Of a DNA stretch of 64,000 nt, positions 17,058 through 26,051 are shown piece after piece. The notes beneath the pieces are model-generated. The model had not been told where the DNA came from. It searched no databases and saw nothing but the letters and a program-made list of their open reading frames with translations. Numbering within the stretch: position 1 is the first letter of the stretch; each line of letters begins with the position of its first letter. Position numbers and translations under genes: made by a program. Source of the DNA: a virus. Taxonomy: Duplodnaviria; Caudoviricetes. The stretch covers positions 1 to 64,000 of the IMG/VR virus record IMGVR_UViG_2619619029_000002; one strand, given 5' to 3'.

Positions 17058-17867
17058 ATGTCGTCGTGCAAGCCGAGCAGTCTCACCATCAACGACGTGG
17101 TCGTGAATCAGGACTCCAACGGGCGCTATTGCCTCAACGACCTGCACCGGGCTGCGGTAGCCAGCGGCATCAACGCCCGGACGAAAGAACCGGGGAAGTT
17201 CCTTTCAAGCCCCCAGATTGTGGCCCTCGTCCATGAATTGACCGCCACGCTGGGCGATACCCAGATTCTGGGTATCGCACCTGTTGAGAGCATCCGCGGC
17301 GGTCCGAATCAGGGGACGTACGTCTGCCGAACCCTCGTCTTCCGGTACGCGGCGTGGGTGTCCGCAGCCTTTGAGTTGAAGGTCTACAAGGTCTTCGAGG
17401 ATTACGTGGACGGGCGGCTCGTGCCCACAACCCCCTCCTTCCCTGTCCCAAAGTCCCTCGCCGAAGCGCTCCGGCTCGCCGCCGACCTTGCCGACAAGGT
17501 GGAGGCGAAGGACCGGCAACTCGTCGCCCAGAAGCCTGCGGTGGAGTTCCTGGACCGCTTCGTGGAGGCGAAGTCCACCAAGGGGTTGCGCGAGGTGGCG
17601 AAGGTGCTCGGGCTCAAGGAGAAGGACTTCGTGGCCCGTCTCGTCGACGACGGCGTGATGTTCCGCCAGTCCGGGCGCCTGCTGCCCTCGGCGGAGTACC
17701 AGCACCGTGGCTACTTCGAAGTGAAGACGGGCGAAACCAGGGGCTACGTCTACGCTCAGGTACGCTTCACTCCCGCGGGCATCGCGTGGGCCGCGAAGCG
17801 CTACGCCATCCCCGCCGAGCCCGGAAGTCCCTCTTCGGCACACCGCTTGCCGATGGCCCCCTCCTGA
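17058..17867 (+). CDS. Phage antirepressor, KilA-N + KilAC/ANT domains
   Basis: GRYCLNDLHRAA…GTY…YAAWVS..F.LKV (KilA-N); P.SLAEALRLAADL…QKPAVEFLDRFV…YFEVK…FTPAGIAW (ANT). Confidence 0.92.
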   Translation: MSSCKPSSLTINDVVVNQDSNGRYCLNDLHRAAVASGINARTKEPGKFLSSPQIVALVHELTATLGDTQILGIAPVESIRGGPNQGTYVCRTLVFRYAAWVSAAFELKVYKVFEDYVDGRLVPTTPSFPVPKSLAEALRLAADLADKVEAKDRQLVAQKPAVEFLDRFVEAKSTKGLREVAKVLGLKEKDFVARLVDDGVMFRQSGRLLPSAEYQHRGYFEVKTGETRGYVYAQVRFTPAGIAWAAKRYAIPAEPGSPSSAHRLPMAPS

Positions 17868-17882
17868 GTGCGCCCGCAGCGG

Positions 17883-18248
17883 CTACCCGTCCACCACCAG
17901 CCAATCGCCGCGGCAGGTGGAGCACTCGCGCCTGGTGAGTCCTGGCACGGCCACCACTGTGGTGATGCGCGCCTCATAGGGCGAGCACTTCCCGCAGCCC
18001 TCCGCCATGGCGCGCACCGGAAGCGTGTGCTCGTGCGGAGGGAGGCGCAGCATCTTGAGCCACTCCTCCACCCAAGCCGCGCTCACCTTGAGGTCCAGCG
18101 TGTGCTCCGGGCCCTCCACCACCAAGTTGTGCTGGAGCGCCAGCCAGTACAGCCGGAACAGGTCGGTGACGCCCTTGAGCGCCGGTCCTCGGGCTGCGGC
18201 CTCGCGGCCCAACTGCTCCAGGTGCCGTTTCAGCTCCTCGCGTGTCAC
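17883..18248 (-). CDS. Hypothetical protein with C-terminal Zn ribbon
   Basis: CGKC…CSTC; high GC3 on the minus strand. Confidence 0.55.
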   Translation of the reverse strand: MTREELKRHLEQLGREAAARGPALKGVTDLFRLYWLALQHNLVVEGPEHTLDLKVSAAWVEEWLKMLRLPPHEHTLPVRAMAEGCGKCSPYEARITTVVAVPGLTRRECSTCRGDWLVVDG

Positions 18249-18320
18249 GGGCGGAGAGTGCCACGGCCCGGCAGGTGGCGCGAGCAGACGGCCATGTCCA
18301 CCTTCTCGGCAGGAGGCCCC

Positions 18321-18533
18321 ATGCCCTGCTCCCGCCTGCCCGTCGTCCGCCAGCACCTCACCGCCGCGGCCGTGTCCCTCTTCGCGGAGGCCGTCCAGGC
18401 TGACGGAGTGCCACCTGCCCGCATCCAGCGCGTTGCCCTCCTGGTGGATGAGGCCCTGGCCGAGCTCGATGCGCCAACGGCCCCGGCGGACGTGCGCGGA
18501 CCGGTGCCCGAGGACTGGACAGGTGCGCATTGA
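18321..18533 (+). CDS. Hypothetical protein
   Basis: AGGAGG RBS. Confidence 0.5.
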   Translation: MPCSRLPVVRQHLTAAAVSLFAEAVQADGVPPARIQRVALLVDEALAELDAPTAPADVRGPVPEDWTGAH

Positions 18534-18571
18534 CGCGCGGAATAGCGCACATGGTATGCCTCACCGCTGCC

Positions 18572-19234
18572 ATGACTATTCCCTCACTGCTAAAGCTCCC
18601 CGTCCGCATCCTGCCTACGGGACTCTGCGCGCTGACATTCCTGGCGCCAGCCGCCTGCGGTTCCTCAGACCCCGCTGATGACAGGCCCGGTTCGACCCGG
18701 GGCACAATTTATGGGGATTACAACGACGAGTGGAGAGAACACTTTCCCCCTTCTTCCTCCGTCAATCTCGAAGGGCAATACGTTCCACCGGACGTACATC
18801 TTCTCCGATTCTGCGGCCACGCTGTAGGAACCCCCGAAAATATACCGGGGACCTCTGATTCGCTTTGCTACACCGTGCACCTCGAAAAGACTGTTTTGGG
18901 CACCGGCCCAACAACCTTGTCCATCGACGGACACATCGAGGTCTCTGTTGCAGGAAACGACAACCAGCCGCCGCCCACCTTCGTCCCCCGTGGGAGTCAT
19001 TCGGCGAGTGTGAGGCGTGCCTGGGTCAAATCCAGCTGCGACGGTGAACACTATTTCGACAACCCCGTACGGCAGGAAGTGACTGGGACGTTGGAGCTCA
19101 GCGTGAACACGGCAAAGCGGGTGTCGGGCAGATTCAAGATTGAAACGTCCGGGCGAGCCGCAGGCCCATGTCCGACAAACAGAACCCGTGCCGACCTTAC
19201 GTTTGACAACTCCATACAGCCCTCCTTCGACTGA
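18572..19234 (+). CDS. Lipoprotein moron (lower GC)
   Basis: …LTFLAPAA|CGSS lipobox; codon usage differs from flanking genes. Confidence 0.7.
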   Translation: MTIPSLLKLPVRILPTGLCALTFLAPAACGSSDPADDRPGSTRGTIYGDYNDEWREHFPPSSSVNLEGQYVPPDVHLLRFCGHAVGTPENIPGTSDSLCYTVHLEKTVLGTGPTTLSIDGHIEVSVAGNDNQPPPTFVPRGSHSASVRRAWVKSSCDGEHYFDNPVRQEVTGTLELSVNTAKRVSGRFKIETSGRAAGPCPTNRTRADLTFDNSIQPSFD

Positions 19235-19365
19235 GTTGCCACTCAATGAGCGTGCACGGAAGAGCGAAGCCTGCCATTCCATGCACGGGCAGAACGCCAT
19301 GCGAGCCGCTCGGTCTTCATAACGGTCGGCGAGGTAACAACCGCCGCGCCTCGCGTCCTACTGGC

Positions 19366-19578
19366 GTGAGCACTACCACCTACCGCTGCCCAGGCTGCGG
19401 CGCCCAACTCGAGCGCCGTGGCACCCTCCTCCTCTGCGTCAACGACGGAGCGCACCCGCAGGACCGCAGCACCCGCGCCTACCACGCTGGCCGCCACGGG
19501 CGCCTCGTCCCGGCGTCCCAGGCAGCTGCGCCCGCTTGGCGCGCCGCCGTCGCCCGGCTGACGGGTGAGCCCGAGTAG
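19366..19578 (+). CDS. Small Zn-ribbon hypothetical protein
   Basis: YRCPGCG…LLC…H. Confidence 0.5.
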   Translation: MSTTTYRCPGCGAQLERRGTLLLCVNDGAHPQDRSTRAYHAGRHGRLVPASQAAAPAWRAAVARLTGEPE

Positions 19579-19623
19579 GTGCGGATGCCCTCACCCTGGG
19601 GAGGTATGTCACCCGCGCGGAGT

Positions 19624-19665
19624 TAGCGATACTGCTATTGACGCCAGTAACGATATCGCTATATT
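19624..19665 (+). promoter_or_regulatory. sigma70-type promoter overlapped by an inverted repeat
   Basis: TTGACG (19638-19643)-16 bp-TATATT; tagcgata (19624-19631)/tatcgcta (19654-19661). Confidence 0.65.
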
Positions 19666-19712
19666 TCTTCCCACGACGGCGGCGTGACGCCGCGTCGAAA
19701 GCGGGGGGCGCC

Positions 19713-20354
19713 ATGGCGGAACGAATCGTAGAGGCCAACTACCCGGGGTTCTGCTCGGCGTGCCGGACGAAGTACCCCGCCGGCACGCAGGTGAAGAAGG
19801 GCCCCTCGGGCAAGTGGGACCACGCCGAGTGTCCCGCGCCAGCCTCCTCGGCCCAGGACAGCACGGCCCGTGCGGCCCGGCACGACGCCCTCTACAACGA
19901 GGGCCACGCCGGCGGGGGGTACAACCCGCACCAGCGCGCCGACAACGAGGTCCGCGCGGACGAGTTGGAGAGGGACGGTCGTGTCGTCGCAGCCGGTGGT
20001 GGCCACCGTGTGACGGTGCTGGGCCTTCGTGCGGATTGCCTCACCGGCTCCGCGGCCCAGGTGCAGTGGGGACGGGAGGTGCGGGCGAACGAGGTGCGCG
20101 GAGTCCTCAACAGCCTCGCCGAAAGGGCCCGTGGCCGTGCGCTGCCGGAGGCTGACGTGCTGGGGCTCGCAGGGGCGCTTCAGGCGGTGCTGGCGCTGCC
20201 GGAGACGCAGGCCGCCCAGTGGTGGATTGACCGCCGTCCGCAGCGAGGAGACGCCCTGGGGGCCGCGCTGCGCGACCAGGTCCGGCAGGTGTTCAATCCT
20301 GCCGCCGCGCCGCCGGAACACCTGCGTTGCACCATCGAGCCGCTCGGGCTCTAG
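19713..20354 (+). CDS. Hypothetical phage protein
   Basis: N-terminal YPGFCSAC…H..C Zn site; LTGSAAQVQWG.EVR…WWIDRR motif. Confidence 0.7.
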   Translation: MAERIVEANYPGFCSACRTKYPAGTQVKKGPSGKWDHAECPAPASSAQDSTARAARHDALYNEGHAGGGYNPHQRADNEVRADELERDGRVVAAGGGHRVTVLGLRADCLTGSAAQVQWGREVRANEVRGVLNSLAERARGRALPEADVLGLAGALQAVLALPETQAAQWWIDRRPQRGDALGAALRDQVRQVFNPAAAPPEHLRCTIEPLGL

Positions 20355-20355
20355 G

Positions 20356-20625
20356 ATGGCGCGCGTGAGCGACACACCTACCAAGCGCAGCCGCACCACG
20401 AGAGGCACCATTGTCCGGCAACTGCCCGCCCGACTCACAGCGCGAGCTGACAGCGCCGTCCAGTTCCTCGCCGCGAAGCTGGGCGAGGAACCCAGGCACC
20501 CCGCCCTGGAAGCGTTGCTCGACGGGGAGGAGTACGCCGCCTCGGCGTCGGGAGCGCTGAACCTGGGGGTCGAGGTGGTGGCTAAAGCACTGGGGTGGAC
20601 ACCGCCGACCGAAAACGACACGTGA
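20356..20625 (+). CDS. Hypothetical protein
   Basis: Starts directly after the previous stop; high GC3. Confidence 0.55.
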   Translation: MARVSDTPTKRSRTTRGTIVRQLPARLTARADSAVQFLAAKLGEEPRHPALEALLDGEEYAASASGALNLGVEVVAKALGWTPPTENDT

Positions 20626-20661
20626 CTGGGCTCGCCAATCGCGGGCCCGAGTGGAGGCAAG

Positions 20662-20976
20662 ATGACGACGATGCAGTGGATGGCCGTGGCGGACAACGTG
20701 AAGCACGAATTCCAGGCGGCGGGCCTGTTGGCCGCGCTCTCCCACGCCGAGGGATGGCTGGGCGAAGCAGCCAACCGGACCACCATCGAGGTATGGCCGC
20801 TCCACGACTGGGACGCGATGCAAGAACCCGAGGACCCGTACCGGTCGCCGGTCGCCAAGGTCGTTCGGGGCGCCGGGGAGAACTGGTGGCTCTCCAGTCA
20901 CGAGGAGCCGCTGAAGCTCGTCGGCCAGCCGGCACTCACCGAGCTTGGCTCCGCCTACGCGTACGATTTGAGCTGA
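20662..20976 (+). CDS. Hypothetical protein
   Basis: GGAGG RBS; high GC3. Confidence 0.65.
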   Translation: MTTMQWMAVADNVKHEFQAAGLLAALSHAEGWLGEAANRTTIEVWPLHDWDAMQEPEDPYRSPVAKVVRGAGENWWLSSHEEPLKLVGQPALTELGSAYAYDLS

Positions 20977-21007
20977 TGCGCTGGACGCCGCCCAAGGACT
21001 ACGACCA

Positions 21008-21850
21008 GTGATTGGCCTTGCCGAGCTTGTAGCCGAAGCCCTGTCCGCGCTGCGCGTTGCGCCCGCCGAGTTGGACCTAGTGCCCTTTCGCCAGCGCGCC
21101 CTCCTCACCGCCCAGGCGACGTGGGACGAGGGGGCTCCGATGAGGGCGCCTCCCCTCGTCAACGTGGCCGGACTGGCGCTGGCGGGAGGCGCAGGCCTCG
21201 TCGCCCATCAGGTGCGGCCGGCCGCGGCACAGCATGTGGCCGCGACGGACCTGCACTCCCTGCCCGACTCCCCGCCCGAGTTCCTCCGCCGGCCGTGGCT
21301 GCTGGAGGTGCGGCGGCCCTCGGCAGGCGAGCGCCTTTTCGGCTCCACTTTCGCCCTTGGCGGGTACCAGCTTGAGGGCACCACGTACCTGCTTGGCCTG
21401 ACGGCGGCGGGCGCGGCCAACGTCGCCCCGTGGCGCCCGCAGTGGACGGGCGGCGACCTGGCCGAGGGCACTCGCCAGGACCGCTCACCGCTCATCGAGG
21501 ACGTGGGCGAGCACCAGCAGTGGGCTCGCGACGCAGCCCGGTTTGCCGTCGTCTACGCCCTCCTCTGCGAGTCCGAGGGCTCGCCGTTGCGCGTGGACGA
21601 GGCGCGCAAGAGGGACGCCGTGGGCGGACTCCCGGTGCGCAACGTCTACCTGGACGGCGCGCTCGGCGCCTCCCCTGGCACCACCTCGCCGTCCGCGTCG
21701 GCAGCAGAGCAGGGCCTCGACGCCGAGCTGCGACCCGTGCGCGGCCACCTCAAACGCCAGCGACACGGGCCTGGGCTTGCGCTGTCGAAGTGGATTTACG
21801 TCTCCGGCTACTCCGCGTGGCGCTGGGTGCTACCAGGAGGCACGTTGTGA
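21008..21850 (+). CDS. Hypothetical phage protein with C-terminal VRGH..RQ..GPG motif
   Basis: RPVRGHLKRQRHGPGLALSKWIYV resembles a common phage C-terminal motif. Confidence 0.7.
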   Translation: MIGLAELVAEALSALRVAPAELDLVPFRQRALLTAQATWDEGAPMRAPPLVNVAGLALAGGAGLVAHQVRPAAAQHVAATDLHSLPDSPPEFLRRPWLLEVRRPSAGERLFGSTFALGGYQLEGTTYLLGLTAAGAANVAPWRPQWTGGDLAEGTRQDRSPLIEDVGEHQQWARDAARFAVVYALLCESEGSPLRVDEARKRDAVGGLPVRNVYLDGALGASPGTTSPSASAAEQGLDAELRPVRGHLKRQRHGPGLALSKWIYVSGYSAWRWVLPGGTL

Positions 21851-22278
21851 GGTGGCGCGTCTCCCGGGGCGACGCCGTCCTCTACGAGGGTGGCAGTTGC
21901 GTGGAGGCCCACGCGCGCCTCGAGGGCAACGCCGAATTGCTCGTCCTCCTCCCCGGAGAGGATACTTGGCGTGCGGTGGACTCCTTCCTCTGGCTGGTGC
22001 TGGTGGAGGGCCCAGGCCTCCACCGGGAGCCTACGCTGGAGGAGGTGACGGCGCTGCTGCCCCAGGCCGGGTGGCGCGTGGAGACGCCCGACGGCCCGCG
22101 CGTCCTCCGCGTCGAGCCGCAGCCCCTCCGCGAGGGGTGGCGCCTCCGCGTCTCCTGCGACGCCGGCACCGACTGGCAGCATTTCGGGCCACTCCGCTCC
22201 ACCCGCCGCGAGGCTGAGTCCGACAGGCGCGCGTGGCTGGCCCAGGCGTGGCTGGCCGAGGTGGAGCCGCGGCACTGA
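21847..22278 (+). CDS. Hypothetical protein
   Basis: GTGA overlap; GGAGG RBS. Confidence 0.6.
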   Translation: MRWRVSRGDAVLYEGGSCVEAHARLEGNAELLVLLPGEDTWRAVDSFLWLVLVEGPGLHREPTLEEVTALLPQAGWRVETPDGPRVLRVEPQPLREGWRLRVSCDAGTDWQHFGPLRSTRREAESDRRAWLAQAWLAEVEPRH

Positions 22279-22370
22279 GGCGCTGTGGGACTGCGGTGGC
22301 ATCACCTTGCGGCCCCCCACGGACTGGCGTGACGCCCCCGCTGGTACGCCTCCTGCTCTGCACGGCGGGC

Positions 22371-22655
22371 ATGACCAGGAAACAGCGGGAGGCGCTCGCG
22401 CAGCGCCTGGGAGCGGCGGAGCGGGAGCTGCAGGCAGCAATGGCCGGGCTGGACGGGAGTCCGAAGGCAAGGACGCGATACGCCCACGCACGCGCGGAAC
22501 ACCAAGCAGCCGCCGCGCTGACCCTCCAGGAACTACAAGGCCCGGCGCCTCGATGGTTGCGCCGGGCCCGTGCAGTCACTCAACGGACTCAGGCTGCATC
22601 GCGTTCGCCCTCTCGCGAGGCCTGCTCCAGTCGGCGTGCCGCTACCTCGCAGTAG
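22371..22655 (+). CDS. Hypothetical helical protein
   Basis: ATG start, coiled-coil-like; the 3' end overlaps the methylase end. Confidence 0.45.
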   Translation: MTRKQREALAQRLGAAERELQAAMAGLDGSPKARTRYAHARAEHQAAAALTLQELQGPAPRWLRRARAVTQRTQAASRSPSREACSSRRAATSQ

Positions 22656-23299
22656 CGTTCCTCGAGATCGACGCCCACGGCGCGGCGTCCGAGTTGCTGC
22701 GCAGCGACGAGGGTGGCACCGGTGCCGGCGAACGGGTCCAGCACCAGGCCGCCCTCGGGGCACGCGCGGGACACCAGGAAGGCCATCAATTCGACGGGCT
22801 TCTCGGTGGGGTGCGTCCGCCTATTCGGGGTGACGGGCGCGAAGGCCGGCAAGACTGCGCCGTGTCGCTTCCCCATCAGCGGGCGGCGCTTCGCCCCGCA
22901 GGCGTGAAGCACCACCTCGTAGTCGGGCGCGAAGCTTCCCGTGCAGTCACCGGTACCGCCACGGTTTTTCCACCAGATGAGCGCGCCCTTTGATTTCAGG
23001 TGCGGCGCCATCGCGTCGTGGAAATCCGGCCATGAGGCCCAGTGGCAGAAGACGAATGCATGCGCATCGTCGGCCAGCATGGGCGTCGCCGCGGTGAGAG
23101 CCTGGCGGAACACCCGCATCCCCTGGCGTGCGCCGTCAGCGCGGATGTTCGCTGCACCCTTTGTCTTGGGCTGCCATGCCATTCCGTAGGGCGGGTCGGT
23201 GAGGAGCAGGTCCGCGGACTGAGACGGGAGGTCCAGGAGCTGCTCCCGGCAATCGGCGTGGTACAGCTTGACGGTGTCGTTCTCGTAGTAGGGCTTCAC
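22589..23299 (-). CDS. DNA N6-adenine/N4-cytosine methyltransferase (beta class), orphan
   Basis: LLLTDPPYG, HPTEKPVELM and VLDPFAGTGAT motifs. Likely start GTG (MKPYYEND); the ORF extends to 23398. Confidence 0.93.
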   Translation of the reverse strand: MKPYYENDTVKLYHADCREQLLDLPSQSADLLLTDPPYGMAWQPKTKGAANIRADGARQGMRVFRQALTAATPMLADDAHAFVFCHWASWPDFHDAMAPHLKSKGALIWWKNRGGTGDCTGSFAPDYEVVLHACGAKRRPLMGKRHGAVLPAFAPVTPNRRTHPTEKPVELMAFLVSRACPEGGLVLDPFAGTGATLVAAQQLGRRAVGVDLEERYCEVAARRLEQASREGERDAA

Positions 23300-23418
23300 G
23301 TTGTCGTGCTCGTTGCGCTGAGGGTAGGACTGCAACTTCAAGCGCAATGCACGTGCGGTGCCGCTCGTCAGTCGGTCTGACGCTTCGCTATCCTCCATGG
23401 CCTCACTAACCCAGGGGG

Positions 23419-23649
23419 ATGTCCATGTCTGAGGAGCAAGACGAGAAGGAGCGGTTGCTCAAAGAGTACCGAGAGGCCCGTGCGGAGCTGGCGGCTGACC
23501 TGCAGGTGTTCACGGCCCTTGACGCGCTCTCAAACTCCAATCGCGCAGGCCTCGCAGGCTCTGCTCGGGACCTCGCGAAGAGTCGGCTTGAAAAGAGCCG
23601 AGGGAGGTATGAGCAGGCGGTCGGCGTACTTGACCAAAAGCGACTCTAG
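23419..23649 (+). CDS. Small hypothetical moron
   Basis: GGGGG RBS; helical; opposite strand to its neighbours. Confidence 0.5.
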   Translation: MSMSEEQDEKERLLKEYREARAELAADLQVFTALDALSNSNRAGLAGSARDLAKSRLEKSRGRYEQAVGVLDQKRL

Positions 23650-23657
23650 AGAGTGCC

Positions 23658-23693
23658 AGACGGCCCGCCCCGGTGCATTGGAGCGGGCCGTCT
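23658..23693. terminator. Hairpin terminator between convergent genes
   Basis: agacggcccgc (23658-23668) pairs with gcgggccgtct (23683-23693), followed by ttcc. Confidence 0.7.
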
Positions 23694-23697
23694 TTCC

Positions 23698-23910
23698 TCA
23701 CCAGCCGAACGTGTAGCGGGCGCCGATGCCAGCCATCCGCTCGCGGGCGTTGGCCTCAGCAAACCCGAACAGGCCCAGGTTCGGCGTAAGCCTCGCGCCC
23801 AGCTCGCCGCGCGCGTAGGCGCCGGAGAGGCGGGACACGCCGGCCTGGGCCTCCAGGTAGCCGGTACGGACGGGGACGTGAGACAACACCCCGTCCAGCC
23901 CCGCGGCCAC
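23698..23910 (-). CDS. Small beta-rich protein after the holin-like gene (lysis accessory?)
   Basis: Strong GC3 in this frame; alternating pattern ending in ARYTFGW; no clear RBS or start. Confidence 0.55.
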   Translation of the reverse strand: MAAGLDGVLSHVPVRTGYLEAQAGVSRLSGAYARGELGARLTPNLGLFGFAEANARERMAGIGARYTFGW

Positions 23911-23927
23911 GGCTCGCCGCGGGGCAT

Positions 23928-24437
23928 CTAGGGGCCCGGCGCCACGACCTCCACGTTCAGCTTGCTCGAAGCAATGAGCGCCGCGGCGGCGGCGTTCGCC
24001 CGCGTCTTCTCCTCCGCCTTCTGCGCGCCGTGCATGGCGGAGAACTCCAACTTCGCGAGCGCCTGCTCGTGCGGTTTCAGCGGGCGCCAACCGTTGGCCT
24101 TCAGCCAGTCATCGGCCAGCTTCAGTCCCTTCGCCGCCTTGTCCGCGAAGTTCTCCTTCGGGTCCTCCGCCGCGACGTCCTCAACGATGTTGTACGCATG
24201 GTGGAAGGCCAGGGCGATGCGGCGCTTGCGCGTGGCCGTCAGCCAGGTGCCGGCGCCGAAGAGTCCGACCGCTCCGACGAGGACGCCCAGCGCGGTGCCG
24301 ATGGCGGTGGGGGTGAGCAGCGAGTCGAGGATGGAGACGGACGTGCCCGGCTCCGCGGTGGTGGCCAGGGCAACGGCGGGCCCGGAAAGCACCATCGCCA
24401 CCGAGGCGACGGCGAGCAGCTTCAGCTTCGTTTTCAT
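23928..24437 (-). CDS. Holin-like membrane protein
   Basis: N-terminal signal, TM helix AIGTALGVLVGAVGLFGAGTWL, then a basic/amphipathic tail; AGGAG RBS; next to the endolysin. Confidence 0.6.
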   Translation of the reverse strand: MKTKLKLLAVASVAMVLSGPAVALATTAEPGTSVSILDSLLTPTAIGTALGVLVGAVGLFGAGTWLTATRKRRIALAFHHAYNIVEDVAAEDPKENFADKAAKGLKLADDWLKANGWRPLKPHEQALAKLEFSAMHGAQKAEEKTRANAAAAALIASSKLNVEVVAPGP

Positions 24438-24504
24438 GCGAGTACTCCTGGGACTGCGGGGATGCCCGGCACCGAGACGCCGGGCGGAACGAGTGCGCTG
24501 ACGC

Positions 24505-25029
24505 TCAGGCGCCAGACGCAGCGGGTGTGGGCGCGGAGCCAGCGAAGCGCTCGCGCCGCGAGAGGACGTTGCTGGCGTAGTCCCGGCCGGTGGTGACGCC
24601 GTCCACGGCGGCCAGGCGCTGCGCGTCCGTGGCGTCCGGAGGCAGACGCGCCAGCGCGGAGCGCACCCGGCCCAGGCCCGCGTTGTAGGCGGCAAGAGCA
24701 CCAGCCTCCCATCCATCCATGGAGTCGATGAGGCGGCGCAGGAGGCGGCAGCCGTACATCACGTTGACGGCCGGGTCCTGCCACAGCGGCCGGCCCAGGT
24801 CGTCCACGGCGCCGGCGAAGCTCTTGTGGGCGCGGTCGTCAATCTGCATCAGCCCGCGCCCGTGGCCGTGGTCCCCAGTGCCGCTGGGCCCCTTGGGCGT
24901 GAGCGCGTCGCCGCCCAGGGACTCCCTGTCCATGACGGCGAACACCAGCAGCGGGTCCAGGTCGTACAGCGCGGCGATGGGCTCCACGGTGGGGAGCCAA
25001 CGCGAGAGGCGAGAGGGAAGCTGGGGCAT
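24505..25029 (-). CDS. Endolysin, SLT lytic transglycosylase
   Basis: VMDRES (catalytic Glu), GRGLMQI and AYNAG motifs. Confidence 0.92.
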   Translation of the reverse strand: MPQLPSRLSRWLPTVEPIAALYDLDPLLVFAVMDRESLGGDALTPKGPSGTGDHGHGRGLMQIDDRAHKSFAGAVDDLGRPLWQDPAVNVMYGCRLLRRLIDSMDGWEAGALAAYNAGLGRVRSALARLPPDATDAQRLAAVDGVTTGRDYASNVLSRRERFAGSAPTPAASGA

Positions 25030-25069
25030 GGGGACTCCAGGGGGAAGAGGACGTCAGGGGCTCAGTGGG

Positions 25070-25402
25070 TCAGGATGCAGAGTCCTGCGCGGACGACGAT
25101 TGCTGCGCCGCGCGGACGGCGCGAGCCTTCGCGAGCCACAGCTCTCCCTGCGCACCGCGCTCCCAGACGCCATCCGCCGTCAGCGGCTCGCCGGTGAGGT
25201 CGGCGCACGTGCGCATGTAATCGAAGGCGCGCTCGTAACCGAACGGATGGATGGAGTGGCGGAGGAGAATCCCGAGCGACTCGGGGTTGCCTCCGTTCTT
25301 CTCGAGCATCTCTTCCGCCTCGGCCCGGAACTGCTCAACGGTCACCGGCGTCGTGTCGGGCACGTAGTCGTCAACATCATGCTCGTCTGCGGGCTGGGAC
25401 AT
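25070..25402 (-). CDS. Hypothetical protein
   Basis: AGGAG RBS; high GC3. Confidence 0.6.
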   Translation of the reverse strand: MSQPADEHDVDDYVPDTTPVTVEQFRAEAEEMLEKNGGNPESLGILLRHSIHPFGYERAFDYMRTCADLTGEPLTADGVWERGAQGELWLAKARAVRAAQQSSSAQDSAS

Positions 25403-25491
25403 GCGGTGCTCCTGGGGGGCTGCGAGTGAAAGGGAAGCGCGGTGCGCCACCACCGCGAACGTCGCGGCGAGCGCGCGCGGAGGTCGAAGGC

Positions 25492-25941
25492 TCACGGCTT
25501 GGACCTCGCCGCCTTCTGCGGATCCACGAGGTTGGCCGCGTGCTGGATACGGAGCGCGTTGTTGCGCTCGCCCATCAGCGTGTGCGAATCGTGGGCTGCG
25601 CGGGCGAGTTGCGGACGGGCCTCGGCCTGCCACGTCTCCAGTGCCTTGAGGCGCAGGTCCACCAGCCGCAGTGCGGACTCGTGCTCGCCCACCCGGCGCA
25701 GATCCGCCTTGATGTCCTTCACGTCTGCGGCAACGGCCCCCATTTGCTGGACGAGGATGGGCACCTGACCGGCGTCCAGCCGCTCCTGCTCCAACGCCTT
25801 GAGCCGCTGCTCATGTACGGGCACCTGCTCGACGGCCGCCTCGTGCTTGGCATGCCGGCGGGAAAGCAGCGCATTGAGCAACGGCGCAGCGATGTTGCTG
25901 GCCGCGAACATGGCGAATGCGGCCTCGGGGGTAAGCTCCAT
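25492..25941 (-). CDS. N-terminal membrane anchor + coiled coil (lysis-region protein)
   Basis: Hydrophobic N-terminus, heptad-rich body. Confidence 0.65.
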   Translation of the reverse strand: MELTPEAAFAMFAASNIAAPLLNALLSRRHAKHEAAVEQVPVHEQRLKALEQERLDAGQVPILVQQMGAVAADVKDIKADLRRVGEHESALRLVDLRLKALETWQAEARPQLARAAHDSHTLMGERNNALRIQHAANLVDPQKAARSKP

Positions 25942-26051
25942 GAAGCCGCATCGTCACGGGATGCGAGGACGCCGTCCGGTGAGCCCGGAGAATCGGCGGA
26001 ACGCCGCTCTATCCGGTCTCGGCGTCGCGAACTGCGCTGCGGTGGCATTCG

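Noticed and set aside
23928-23933. CCC TAG as a +1 frameshift site
   Set aside because: The +1 frame has no coding bias; only the -1 frame looks coding.
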